In this document: positions 1-11,414 of the stretch, one piece after another
Position numbering within the stretch: position 1 is the stretch's first letter
Layout: each line of letters opens with the position of its first letter
Assembly (NCBI RefSeq): GCF_036321535.1
Contig: NC_087437.1
Location: forward strand, 112,470,001 to 112,534,000
Source of the DNA: Camelus dromedarius
Taxonomy: Eukaryota
Direction: 5' to 3'
DNA: 64,000 nt
Notes under the pieces: model-generated
What the model was told of the DNA's origin: nothing
Databases searched by the model: none
The model's input: only the letters and a program-made list of their open reading frames with translations
Translations under genes and position numbers: made by a program

Positions 1-560
1 TGCTGAGCCTCTGCGCATGCGTGCGCTGTCTGCCCTTCACTCCCGTGGTGATTCCGCCCAAGCCGGTAACGAGTGTCTCCGCTGGACTAGACCATCCGCC
101 GTTTGGCACTGAGTGATCTCTCGGGGGGTGCGGAGGGCACTATTATACCTAATCGGGACATATGTCCTACCTTACCTAGGAACCCCAGGATCTCGCTTAA
201 AACGAACTCTTCCCAAGAAGACACAAGCAGGACATTTCGGGAGGCTACGCCCCGCCCCGGGCAATCTGCTCCGCCTCCGCCTCCTCCCCCACCTCGAGCC
301 CGAGATGGTTCGGTCGATTGGGATTCTGGGCGATGTAGTTCGCCGGGAAGGGCTGCGCGCGCAGGGCCCCGCGGCGCGCGTGCGCCTTCCGGGAGGGAGG
401 CGGGACCAGCCGAGTGGAAGAAAATGTTGTCATGGCCGGAGCAGTGACGGGTAGAGCTTATTGTAGACCTTGGGGAGTGTAGGTTGGGACCTTTGAAGCC
501 CTAAGGCTTCCGAGGGCGATGCCGAGGGGAGGGGAAGGCGAGTCCGTTTCCCCAAACGTT
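1..560. promoter_or_regulatory. CpG-island promoter, probably of DNAJC28 (transcribed leftwards out of the window)
   Basis: GC/CpG-rich. NRF1-type TGCGCATGCG at 12-21, reverse CCAAT near 317-321, ZNF143/THAP11-like AACTACATCGCCCAGAATCC on - at 321-340, GC boxes. Gene identity is inferred only from mammalian synteny (DNAJC28-GART-SON). Confidence 0.7.
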
Positions 561-834
561 ACTTGAACAACCTCTTAGGGGCTGCAGCCATGGACACCAG
601 CTCAGAAACATGAAAGTTCCACTTAATCCAGAAAGATCTAGGTAACCCAGGCTAGAAGCCTACTCTTTCATTAGTTCAAGTACTTAGTGAGCAGCTCGCT
701 TAGTCAGGCGTTGGTGAGGAGTGAGGACGGTCGAGGACAAAATCAAATTATGTGTTTACTGACTTTAAGTTAAGCCACTGTCTTGGGAATTTGCTATTTC
801 CCCCTCCTGTACGGGGGGATAATTAAAAACAAGA

Positions 835-1140
835 AAGAAGGTGGCAGAAACTTGAGTCAGACCTGAGTTGAAAATCCTGTTTCTTACGCTTGCTTTTTTC
901 TGTTATATTATATAAATGAGGGTACCAGCAAATGGTAAGTGTGTATTTAGCACTTTTTGCCAGAAACTGTGCTAAATAAATGCTCTCTATATAGTCTCTT
1001 AATGCTTACAGCAGCCCTGTGAGAAAGTGCTATTGTTTTCTCCATTTTACTTATGATGAAATAATAATGGCATTAAAATCACTGAGTTTTTGTGAGACTT
1101 ATACAATGTATGTAAACCACTTTGCACCGTGCCTCGCAAT
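835..1140. repeat. Degenerate MIR fragments
   Basis: MIR-like segments, e.g. 'cagccctgtgagaaagtgctattgttttctccattttac' and 'gtaaaccactttgcaccgtgcct'. Confidence 0.5.
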
Positions 1141-1689
1141 AATTTTTTTATTATGACTATGTCTCCTAAAAGGAGCCAGAAATAGGTACTAGCCTAGAAA
1201 GACCTCTGAGTTATAGACAATAATCTGTTACCTTCTGCGTAGGTGCACAGAAAATGGTTTAAAATCTGATTCAGTGGGATTTCCTTAAAAGCAAACAATG
1301 AGCAAAAAAGAACTGTATGAAAGATGTGTTTCTATAAGTTTTAACTCTTGCCAACATTTTAAACATAGCTATAAAAGGGGAAAAATACAGTTTAAAAAAC
1401 TACTTATATAGCACTTTGTATTTTCCAAAGCACTCATCACAAATGGCATTTTGATGTTTGCATCTTATAAGTAACTATACTTTAGCCCCAATAGTTAAAT
1501 GATTTGGTTAAGTGACTAGACTTTGTAAGTTACTGAAACTGCAAGTAACATTTCTCTTTTTAGAATGTCAGTTTTATAGTGTGATTCTGTACACGTAGAA
1601 GGTGAATTGGAATCAGCTGAGTTATCAATAAAGCACACTTTCAGCTGCAAAGTGTAAACTAGCTAATGAACTTGGATTTTTCTCATATA

Positions 1690-1821
1690 TACGGAGTGTG
1701 GAGGTACGCAGTTCCTGGTATTGGTTCAACTACCAAGAGTTGCCACATTTGCTTTACCAGTTTTCTCTCTCTCATTCTTCTGACATCATTCAAATGATTT
1801 TCTTCTGAATCTTTGCATGTA
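1690..1821 (-). mobile_element. Old L1 (L1MC-like) 3' fragment, left part, interrupted by the GOLGA7 insertion
   Basis: 'ttgccacatttgcttt...ttctgaa' resembles the antisense L1MC 3' end and resumes at 4088. Confidence 0.55.
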
Positions 1822-4078
1822 GTGCGGTGCGACAGCAGCTGGAGGGCAGAGGAGGTGGCGTGGCCCGTCTTGTCCTTGCCAAGAGGCGGCAGCAAGCGCC
1901 GGTGTCCGGGAAGGTCTTCATTCAGCGAGACTACAGCAGTGGCACCCGCTGCCAGTTCCAGACCAAGCTGCCTGCGGAGCCGGAGAACCGGGTACGCAGC
2001 GTGGCTTCCTGCACCTGCCCCTGGGCGAGGGTGGGAGCCTCCCGGGGGCAGGCACGGAATGGGTCGGGGCCAGGGGGATACAAAGAGGGCCACTAAGCAA
2101 GACCTGGTTGGAGGAGGAAGAATAAGGCCAAGCGCCTGGGTCTGCTGCCCTTCCGGAGCTATGGTACCCCGTGCCAAGAATTCGTATGCCACGGTCTTCC
2201 CCTGCTGTCCCCCACCCGACCCCACCCCACTCCGGCTTGTTGATAACAGTGATGAGGAACTAATTCCTGACGCTCCAGGCCACCTACCTTAGCGTGTTGT
2301 AAGCTGTATCCTCCAATCTCACCACGCAAGAGACATCATCATCATTCTCGTGACTGGCGTTTGTGGCCATTGTGCGGCCGCGCTGCTCGGCAGAAAGGGT
2401 TCATTTAAATGCTCTGCTAGGCAGTGCAGAGAAGTCTTCTTGGAACTTGAAAAACGCAGAGTATTAGAGAGGCCTGGACAGGAAACTGTCTCAGAACCAG
2501 GCCTTAAACTTGTCCCTCGGAGTTACGATCACTGGAGGCCAGCTGTGTTGTGTTGGCTTGCATATAGAACTGTCATCAGGATGTGGGTCCTTTGGGCAAC
2601 CCTGCACACAGAAAAGGATGTGTTTCCCCTTTCTACAGACTGAGGAAAAAATACATATGTATGTTGATCTTTGTATCTTACTTTAAAGGTGCAGCGAAGC
2701 GAGCTTAGGTGAGTAGGTGCGTTTTCGTGGGCCCACGTGTGTTCACACACCCAAACAAAGACTGCTTTGGTCTTGATCTATGAAAGGTAAACTTTATTGT
2801 GTGTTTCCTGTTCAGAGGATGGGAGCAGGTTTTGTGGCTCTTTCTTCTTTGACAAGGAGGGTGAGAGACTGGGAGGTGATTTGGCATGTGTGTGGGTCCA
2901 AGACATGCTGGTTGTGGAATGAGTAGGTGTAGTTGGGTCTGCACTGGAGCAGTCGTTTAAAAGTAGCTTGTAGGGAGGCAGGTTGTCCTACCTGACTGCC
3001 AAGGTTGGAAAATAAGCAGTGATAAATTATAGTGTCCTTCGGCTTAGAACCCTCAGCAGGTTAGTAGCCCAAGTATGTCTCTTTAAATGCCAAGTAAAGC
3101 TCAGACATGCCTTATAAAGATGGTTTGTAGATTAGCTTGTTTGTGAAATGCCTTAGAAATGCTGCAGTTTGGTGTCACCATGTGAAGAGTTACCAGCCTG
3201 ACCCTAGGTGGACGTGTCCACAGTGGTTTGAAGAGAGAGAAGCTAAGCAAAGTTGTCTGTTGGCTAGAGCTACTCAGTGTTGTTTTTAAAGTAATTTAAC
3301 ATCACAGTAAATACGTTTTACCTGTTAGGACTTATATGCAATAAATCAAATGTTTTATTTTTAAGCCTCTTATGGAAACTCTGACTTAACACTGTTTATG
3401 TACTTTCAAATTAGAAGGTAAACTGTTCTTTTTCACTGCACTTATTTGGCTGTTGCATGATTCCTTTGATCAAAGGTTTTAAAGTCAAACTTCCAACTTA
3501 TAATTGAACCAGATACATGTATGCAGAGTCAGACATCAATTAGCCTTGCTTTCTGTGTGTGGTGGAACCTTTATTTTGTAGTTTGTGTTAGTTTGTGTCC
3601 CAGAAACACAACATAGCCACAGTACTCCACTGGTTCTTACAGGAAATTGATGTTTCTAAATCCTGGAGTCCTTTTACTTCGACTTCACATCGCCCAGAAC
3701 TGCTCGTGATTCTAAGTACTATATGGAATGTTACTTGGTGCTATTCAATTGTGCCTTTGAATTTTTTTTTTCTTTTTAAATGTTTGGGTTAAAACAGTAG
3801 CTTATACTTTAAACTGCTTGGAAAAGCTGTGGCTTTTTTTTTTTTAATGTGTTGAGATTAAATTTAAATTACAGGTTTAAATTTTCCCTGCTTTGTTTGA
3901 TGGAAAATTGAAAGGTTTCATTGTTTCTCTACGACTTACCCTAGAAGTTGTACTGATTGCTCTGCCACTGGGGCTGATTTTCCTTTTGTGGGAACGTCAC
4001 ACTTGGCAACTTAATAGAGAAAGAAATAAACATATGAATGTTTGGTATGATTTTTAAAAATTTAAAAAATAATAATAA
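1822..4078 (+). pseudogene. GOLGA7: GOLGA7-derived retro-insertion: 5'UTR, first coding exon, ~2 kb presumed retained intron and A-tail
   Basis: 1881-1991 encodes [37 protein letters not shown] versus GOLGA7 [37 protein letters not shown]. Start codon is AAG. GT donor at 1992. AATAAA at 4025-4030, A-rich tail at 4056-4078, TTGCATGTA repeated at 1813-1821 and 4079-4087. Confidence 0.88.
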
Positions 4079-4087
4079 TTGCATGTA

Positions 4088-4260
4088 TTATGTCCTTTAC
4101 CCCAAAGTACTTAAGTATTTGTTTCCTCAAAACAAGGGTTTTCCTTTACGTCACCATAGCACACTGTTAGCAAATTCAGCAGATTTAACATAGTTACAGT
4201 ATTATTTAATGTACTGTTTTGCATTCCAGTTTCAACAACTGTCCTAATGATGTCTTTCAG
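4088..4260 (-). mobile_element. Old L1 (L1MC-like) 3' fragment, right part
   Basis: 'tcctttaccccaaagtacttaagtatttgtttcctcaaaacaagg...tgtcctaatgatgtcttt' resembles the antisense L1MC 3' end and is collinear with 1690-1821. Confidence 0.6.
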
Positions 4261-5016
4261 ACAACTCATAGGCTTTTAAGTTAGCAGGTCAAATGAGTGA
4301 TAAACCAAAGCATTCTTGTTCAGTTTAGTTACGAGCAGAAAGAGTTCACCATTTGAAAATATAGTTCTTTTCCTTTTAAAAGGTGACTGCATAGTGCACA
4401 GTCAACAGTCCTCGTGAGTATAAGATGTGACCAAAGGATCAAATTTAGAGTCAGAACCAAACACGTAGGTTGATTAGCATTTTTTAATGTCATCATGCTA
4501 TCTTGCTTATTTAAACTCCATAGAATTTTTAAAGCCTGTTTACCTTCTACATAGCATTATTAACCATTTAAACTCATGTCATGGTTAGAATCAACATATC
4601 TGAACTGCAGTTATTTTCCACAAAGTCTAATTATTACCTCAAGTTTGTCAGCTGGGGTGTGTTACAGTCTTATGCATAAGGACCAATTTTAAATTAAAGT
4701 ACGTTGGATTAGATGTGTGACATTTCCTAGTTTAGAACATCTTTTTCATAATTTTGTGCTCTCACAATAGAGTTGAGCATTTTGAAAGTTTCCCCATAAA
4801 CAAGGGAGAGTAGAGAGTTGGCAGGAATTTAGTTAGCATACCAAAACTTAGCCATTAATTGTGTTTCTGAGTGGGTGGAAAATAGATGTGATAGTTTTAA
4901 AAAGTTACTAAAAAATAAATTTTCTTACTTTACAGTTATATTAAATATTTTCTGAGCTGCTGCAAGAAGCATGGCAAAAGTAACCTCTTCTCTTTTTGTA
5001 CTCTCAAATGTAGTTC

Positions 5017-5649
5017 TGATACAGGAAAATGTGGGGCAAGAGGAGGGCTGTATCCCAGGTCTTGTTTGAGTCTCTGGGACGTGCCCCGACAAATGTGGGT
5101 CCTTGGTTTGCGCAGGAAAGAATTCAAGAGCGAGCCACAGTTGAGTAAAGGTAGATTTATTTAGAGAGATACATACTCCATAGACAGAGTGTAGGCTGTT
5201 TCAGAAGGCAAGAAAGGCCATGAAGTGAGGGGGTTGAGTGCTCAATAGATACACACCATAGACAGTGAGATCCATCTCACTCAGAAGGGGGAGAGGCCAC
5301 GAGGTGTGGGGTTGTTAGTGTTTATAGGCTGGGTAGCTTCATATGCTAACAAGTGGGAGGATTATTCCAACTACTTTTTGGGGAAGGGGCTGGGACTCCC
5401 AGGAATTGGGCCACCGCCCACTTTTCGACCTTTTTTGGTCAGCCTTGGAACTGTCATGGACCTGTGGGAGTGCCATTTAGCATGCTAATACATTGCAATG
5501 AGTGTATAAAGAAGTTCAAGGTCTAGAAGTCAAATTTCTTGCCATCTTGAGCCTTAAGGCTTCCTGGGAGCTTAATCTTCCACCATTTTGGTGTTATTTG
5601 CTGTGTCATTCCTTGAATGGCTGTGCCCTCCCCCTTCCTTCCTGTCCCA
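5017..5649 (-). mobile_element. Solo LTR, ERV1-like
   Basis: TG...CA ends, 4-bp TSD GTTC (5013-5016, 5650-5653), AATAAA on - near 5156. Confidence 0.8.
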
Positions 5650-6044
5650 GTTCCACCCTTTGACTAAAGCAAGTGAGGACTCTTGTTTCTGTTTTAATCC
5701 ATCTGTTTCATTTTTTCCCCTTTCATTTACTTGTTCTGTGATAATGGCAAAGAAGTTGATTTATTGCCAATAAGTTCTGGTGCCATAGAAACCAAAATGA
5801 CACTCCCCTGAAGACTGATTTATGGCTCCGTCTGCATCCCAGAGTCACATATTGTTCAACGATGTTTGCAAATACTATCTTCTGAAGCTACAATTCCCAG
5901 AAACACCGTGAAAATGCATTCGTCTCTCTGTGCCATCTCAATTCTTTTTTTTTGTTTATTTGTTTTATGATGTACGGTATTATGTTAGTTTCAGGGGTAT
6001 CAAATCATTTTTTTACTCTATTTGATCAAGAAAGAGTTTGCTGT

Positions 6045-6552
6045 TGTCAACTGAAATAAAATCACACAACATGAGAGTTGTGGGTTAAGTTTTATTCTGG
6101 GGCAAAATGAGGACTATAGCCTGGGAGACAGCATCCCAGAAAGCTCTGAGAAACTGTTCCAAGGAGGCAGGGGGAAAGCTCAGTATTATATATGATTTCA
6201 GTGAGGGGGGGCATGCAGCCAAGCACACGTTCAGGCAGAGGCTGCTGCTAGTCACGAGGAGCAGACGTCACCATTAATGATTCTAGTGCTTTTCTAGATA
6301 TGAGGAGACACAAGAACTGGGGTCATAAAATCTTCTCCTGAAAACATCTAACTATCTGATGGCCTGTTCACCCAGTTCTCCCAGAGCACAGCGCGCCTCG
6401 TTCCTGACCTCCATCCTGAACTCCTTTCAGGGTATGTTGAAGGTCAGTGGTTGCAGTGGTTCCTGATTTAATCCAAGCAGAGTTGGATGGCCAGTGCCAG
6501 TGTGATCCAATCCCTGTAGAGGCAGATGGCAAGTGCCAATTTTTAGTTAGCA
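6045..6552 (-). mobile_element. Solo LTR, ERV1-like
   Basis: TGTCAACT...AGTTAGCA ends, 4-bp TSD CTGT (6041-6044, 6553-6556), AATAAA on - near 6091. Confidence 0.8.
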
Positions 6553-7084
6553 CTGTACACAGGGTTGGCTTGAAAAGAAAGAAGGTGGTAGATTCGCTTA
6601 ATTAGTTAAACAAGACTCAGAGTCCAGAGGGGTTGGGGAAAGGTACCCTGGAAAAGAGGAGAGCCACACTCATTTGGATATTTTTCCCATTTCCCTCTTC
6701 CCAGGTGAGTTAACCAGTTATCGACCCATCCTAAAGTAGTCAGTAGGGGCCGCACACAGGATCTGTGGAAATTTGCTGACAGTAAACGGCCCTCCCCAAC
6801 CCAGGATGCCTCCTTTTCATTTTTGGTATTGATTTAGCATGATGATTTATTGTGCTTTGAGCTTGAGTTATCTGCATTTGACTGGTGCTGAGCTCTAACA
6901 CTTTCTGTTCCTTGAAACTATGAATAATGCACATATCTCCCAGGCCATCAGTGGGGGAAACATGCAGATCCTGAGAATCAAGATTTGAATTGTTTCCAAC
7001 CCATATTACATTTACCCTGCATGTTTATCAAAATCACAGCTTTACAGCACAACTATTCTATGCTTTTCTCAGCCTTCACAACTT

Positions 7085-7312
7085 GTTTTCAGCTTTATTG
7101 AGGTATAATTGACAAATAAAAATTGTATACATTTAAAGTGTACAACTTGATAATTTGTGTGCAAATTACAATTAAAAAATAGTGTAAAAAATTGTAAAAA
7201 ATTGTGCAAAATGTGTACAATTGCAAAATAGTAATCACAAGCTAATTAACAACATCACCTCACAGAGTTACCATTTTCTTTTTCTTTTCTTTCTTTCTTT
7301 TTTTTTTTTTTG
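7085..7312 (-). mobile_element. L1 3'-end fragment
   Basis: 'cagctttattgaggtataattgacaaataaaaattgtatacatttaaagtgtacaac' is a typical antisense L1M 3' terminus. Confidence 0.7.
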
Positions 7313-7489
7313 AGATTCCAACTACAGGGTAGAGAGCCTTTGACAATCCTTGGGAAACCTGGGCTTCATTTATAGGTAAAGAATTTTTATCTAAAGTTAA
7401 GATCCATTATGTTGTCTCCTATGCATTGGGTTTGTTCAACAGTTAAGGTCCTATGTGATCTGAGTTGCTCTGGTGCCTTCATTGTCTTT

Positions 7490-8830
7490 GGCTTTAAACA
7501 TTCTGGCTCTGATGTGTCTGGATATGTATCTTTTTTTGAGTTTATGGAGTTTCTTAGATGTGTAAATTAATGTTTTTTATAAAATTTGTAATGTTCATAG
7601 CCATTATTTCTTCAAATATTTTTCTTGTCTCTTCCTCTCCTTTCAATGCCCGCATTATGCATGTGAGGTGTACTTAATGGTGTCCCAAATTTCTCTGAGG
7701 CTCTGTTCTTTTCTCTTCATTCTTTTTTCTCAGGTTGCATGACCTCTATTTTATCTATGTTCGAGTTCACTGATTCTTTTTTATGCCAGCTCAAGCCTAC
7801 TACTACTGAGTCCCTTTAGTGACGTTTTCATTTCAAATGTTATATTTATCACTTCAGAATTTCTGTTTGAATTTTTAAAAATAATTTGTATCCCTTTATT
7901 GATATTCTATATTTGATGAGACATTTTCATCATACCTTCTTTTAATTCTTTAAGCATACTTTCCTTTCATTCTCTGTACATAGTTTTAATGGCTGCTATG
8001 AAGTCTTTGCGAAGTCTTCACCATCCAGGCCCCGTCAAAGACATTTTCTATTACCTACTTTTTTTCCTGTGTATGAGTCACACTTCCTGTTTTTTGCATG
8101 TCTTGTAATTTTTTGTTGAAGGTGGGCATTTTAGATAATACATTGTAGCTGCCTTGGATACTGATTCCCCCACTCTGAAGGTGGTGGTTGTTGCTGGCTT
8201 TGTTGTCTATGTCTTAGCGACTTTGCTGACCTAATTCTGCAAAGTCTATTTCCCTACAATGTGTAGCCTCTGATGTCCCTGCTCAGATTTTCCCCTCTTG
8301 TTCTTATCTTTTAACAATGGCTATTTAGGGTTGCCCTGGGTAGGAATAAGGCACTTACTGAGCAAGGGATGCGCATCAACCCTCTTAGCCACTTAGATTT
8401 TCCCCTTTGCCACTGGATGTGTGTGCGTGGCACAGTTCAAGGAATTTATGTTTTTGCCTCATATTCAGCTAGAGACTAGTTACTTGGAGGTTCCCTGTCT
8501 GATCATTCCTCAGAGGGTACAGCCTTCAGCACACACACAGTTTTCTGCTGGGGATGAGTACAGTATTTTTAGGCTTGATATTTTTAGCAACTAGAAGTTG
8601 CTTCTGGGTCAGAGTGGATTACTGGTGAACCAGTGTTGGTCAGAGATTGTGTTTAAGCCCCTTGTGCCAGTGAGACTTGTGTGGGTGGTTCTGTGTGTGG
8701 CTTGGGGACACTTTTAAGCCCTGCCCTGATTGCTCTTGAATAGGTGCAACCTATCGTATACACATGACCTTCCCAAACCCAGAGCTGACTAGATCCCAGG
8801 AGGGCTCTTCTTGGCTGTCTCTTTCCCTGG
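7490..8830 (-). mobile_element. Old L1 fragment (ORF1/5' region), degenerate
   Basis: Antisense L1 ORF1-like text such as 'gccattatttcttcaaatatt', 'tctctgaggctctgttc', 'tctttattgatattctatatttgatgagac'. Boundaries approximate. Confidence 0.6.
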
Positions 8831-8884
8831 TTAGATCAGTGCTTTGTCATTCTGGAAGTCCTGTCCTGACAAACACATTCAAGG

Positions 8885-9110
8885 GAAGCAGAGTGTAGTG
8901 GTTAAGTGCACATGCTCTAGATCCATACTGCCTGAGTTTGGATCTTGGATATGCCTAGCACTCAGTGGATGTTCTTGGCTAAGTGACTTAACTCTGTGCC
9001 TCAGTTTCCTCATTTATAAAAAGGGGGTGATGATGGTATCCACCTGATAAAGTTGCTATAAGGATTCATTGAGCTAATGTAAAGCATGTGGTGAGCACTA
9101 CGTCAATGTT
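8885..9110 (+). repeat. MIR SINE
   Basis: MIR core 'aagtgacttaactctgtgcctcagtttcctcatttataaaaaggg'. Confidence 0.75.
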
Positions 9111-9309
9111 TGTTTTGAATTCAGTGTTTCAATAATCAGAATCAGGAACTTGGAGTCCCTTTCCTTCTTTTGAACTGATCTGAATTCAACCAGAATAGTA
9201 TTTGATGACTCATTCTGTTCAGATTTGAGCTAGGAGGGCCTGGAGTGGAATTCTTACCCTATAGGGTAATATGAGGAGCTTCTTAATAATTCAGATTCCA
9301 CATACTCCC

Positions 9310-9420
9310 TCTAGAGAGTCTAATTCTGTGGTGCTGGGGTGGAGCTAGAATCTGTATGTTTAATGCGTTTCCAGGTGATGCTGGTGCAGAGGACCACTGA
9401 CCACACCTGAGGCAAACTGT
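9310..9420. mobile_element. MER5-like hAT DNA transposon fragment
   Basis: 'ggggtggagctagaatctgtatgtttaat...ccaggtgatgctggtgca'. Confidence 0.6.
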
Positions 9421-9479
9421 CTGGACCCTTGCATCGTTCTTTGGCTGACTGTACCCATTGGCTTTCAACTGGACAGAGG

Positions 9480-9670
9480 AAAGATTTTTGTCTCCCAGGG
9501 GACCTTTGTCCGGAGACGTTTTTGATTGCCACAAGTGAGGATTTTTTTGGCATCTAGTGGGTAGAGACCAAGGATGCTGCTCAACATCCTGCAATGCACA
9601 GGACAGCCTGAACAACAAAGAATTACCTGTCCTGAAATGTCAGTAATGCTGAGGATCAGGGACTCCACTG
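9480..9670. mobile_element. MER20-like hAT DNA transposon
   Basis: 'ggcatctagtgggtagagaccaaggatgctgctcaacatcctgcaatgcacaggacagcc' matches the MER20 core. Confidence 0.75.
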
Positions 9671-10193
9671 CGGACCATTCTTTCTCTCATTCCTCCTTTT
9701 CCCTTAATTCTCCCTAGATTCATTATCTGCCAAATCTGCTAATCAAGGAATAGTAGAATGTTGGAACTAGAAGGGACCTTGGAAATCATCTAGTCTTACT
9801 CATCTGAGAGAAAAATGACATGCCCGAGGCCATACAGTTAGTGGCAGAGACTACTGCAAGATTTTTCCTTATAACCCTTCCCATCCAGAGGACGAACATG
9901 ATTAAATGCTGCAGAAGGAAAAGAAGGTGCTAGAGTAGTTGCATATTGGCTTGGCACATAGCTTTCTAAATCAACAGTCTCAATTCTGGGAGAAATTGTT
10001 TCAAAATTTAGTTAGTAGTACAGAGACCTTTGTTAAATCATTGATTAGATTTTAAACATTCTTTGTATCTGAATCATCAACCAAAAGTGCTAAGCAGTAT
10101 GATTCATTTCTCAGCATAGCTCCTGGGAGCCTTTATTCCTGTCTCCTATAGCTCTGGGGCATGCCTGAACACTTATCTTCTTCTTTAAAAAAA

Positions 10194-10314
10194 TTTTTTT
10201 TGTTGTTGGGGCAGTAATTGGGTTTATTTATTTGTTTAATGGAGGTACTAGGGATTGAACCCAGGACCTCGGGTATGCTAAGCGTGGGCTCCACCGCTGA
10301 GCTATACCCTCCCC
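10194..10314 (-). mobile_element. tRNA-derived SINE (camelid Vic-1-like)
   Basis: On -: GGGGAGGGTATAGCTCAGCGGTGGAGC (A box) ... GGGTTCAATCCC (B box) followed by an A-rich tail. Confidence 0.8.
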
Positions 10315-11414
10315 ACTTCATTTTATAAGATGTCAGTGGAAAATGGACATTTCACTGAAGATTATTTACAGGACACAGAGGAGAGGGTTCTATTCGAAGC
10401 CACCAAGCAAAACTTCCTACAAGTTCCTTATAGACATCCCATTCTCCTGCCTTACACCTCTCACCCCCTTCCTTCTCCCTACTTTGCCTCTGAAATGCAC
10501 TTCAAGTTTCAACACTTTATGTAGAAAAGAGAAGCGCTGAAGTGTACCATCTACCCAGCCTTTCAAGGACCATTTATTTTTCTCAGTTGGGTTTTGCAAA
10601 GGTGAGAGGTGAGATGGTAGTGTCTGTCTCATTTCCAGTGCTGAGTGGTTTCTCAAAGGATTCAAACTACGAACATTTCTCTTCTCTAAGGACCAGAGTA
10701 AAATTCTGCCAGTAAGAAAAATAAGATTTTTTTTTTCCTCCAAAGCATTAACATGACAAAAATACCTAAAACAAAGTAGCAATGGCAGAGTGTTCTTAAT
10801 CAATAAATTCTCCATTTAAAAGGCCATGCTCAGCATAAGAACCATTCACACAAACTTTAGGATGTTGATTACTTCTGAAAATTTTAGGGGAGGGGAATCC
10901 AAGATTTTCAGTTGAACCACTATTTATAATAGCAAAAAAAAGGGGGTGGGTATTAAATAACCACGAGAGATTGGAAACATAAATTAGGAAGCTTCCAATC
11001 CTCTACAGCCTGTGAAAATACTGATGTGGATCTCTAGGCACAGACATGGAAAGGTGGCCACTGCATTTTGTGAATAAATAAGTCTTGTTAAATTATGTTG
11101 GAAAGAGGATGAACCAATCTGTACTACCAGCATATTGGAATGCCCGTTATTCCACCCACCCTTGATAATGCATTAGTAATCTCAACTTCGCCAGTCTGAC
11201 AGGCACATGGGCACATACGTACACACAAACACACACTCTTAAAACCTCTGTATTGTAATTGCTAATGAGAAATGAGAGAAATCTGTTTACCATCCAAATT
11301 CCTGAAGGATCAGTTTGTCCACCCTTCTACTGCAGAAAGCTGATAAATTAAGTTACTTTGATAAGTGGTGAAACTTTCTCTGCCCTGGTGGTGAAGGCCT
11401 ATTTGAGGGGTGCT

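Noticed and set aside
103..454. Overlapping 113-114 aa ORFs in the left CpG island
   Set aside because: Non-ATG starts, low-complexity GC-driven ORFs, no recognisable protein.
1827..2096. Functional GOLGA7 gene
   Set aside because: Start codon is AAG, only the first coding exon is present, no further exons seen.
1683..2225. 180-aa minus-strand ORF
   Set aside because: Antisense shadow of the GC-rich GOLGA7 insert running into L1 sequence.
4936..4979. Small + strand exon-like segment (TTTACAG|...|GTAACC)
   Set aside because: Stop codon in the phase needed to join the upstream ATG exon; no recognisable homology.
10240..10314. tRNA gene (likewise the three similar copies)
   Set aside because: A-rich tails, TSD and divergence show these are SINEs.
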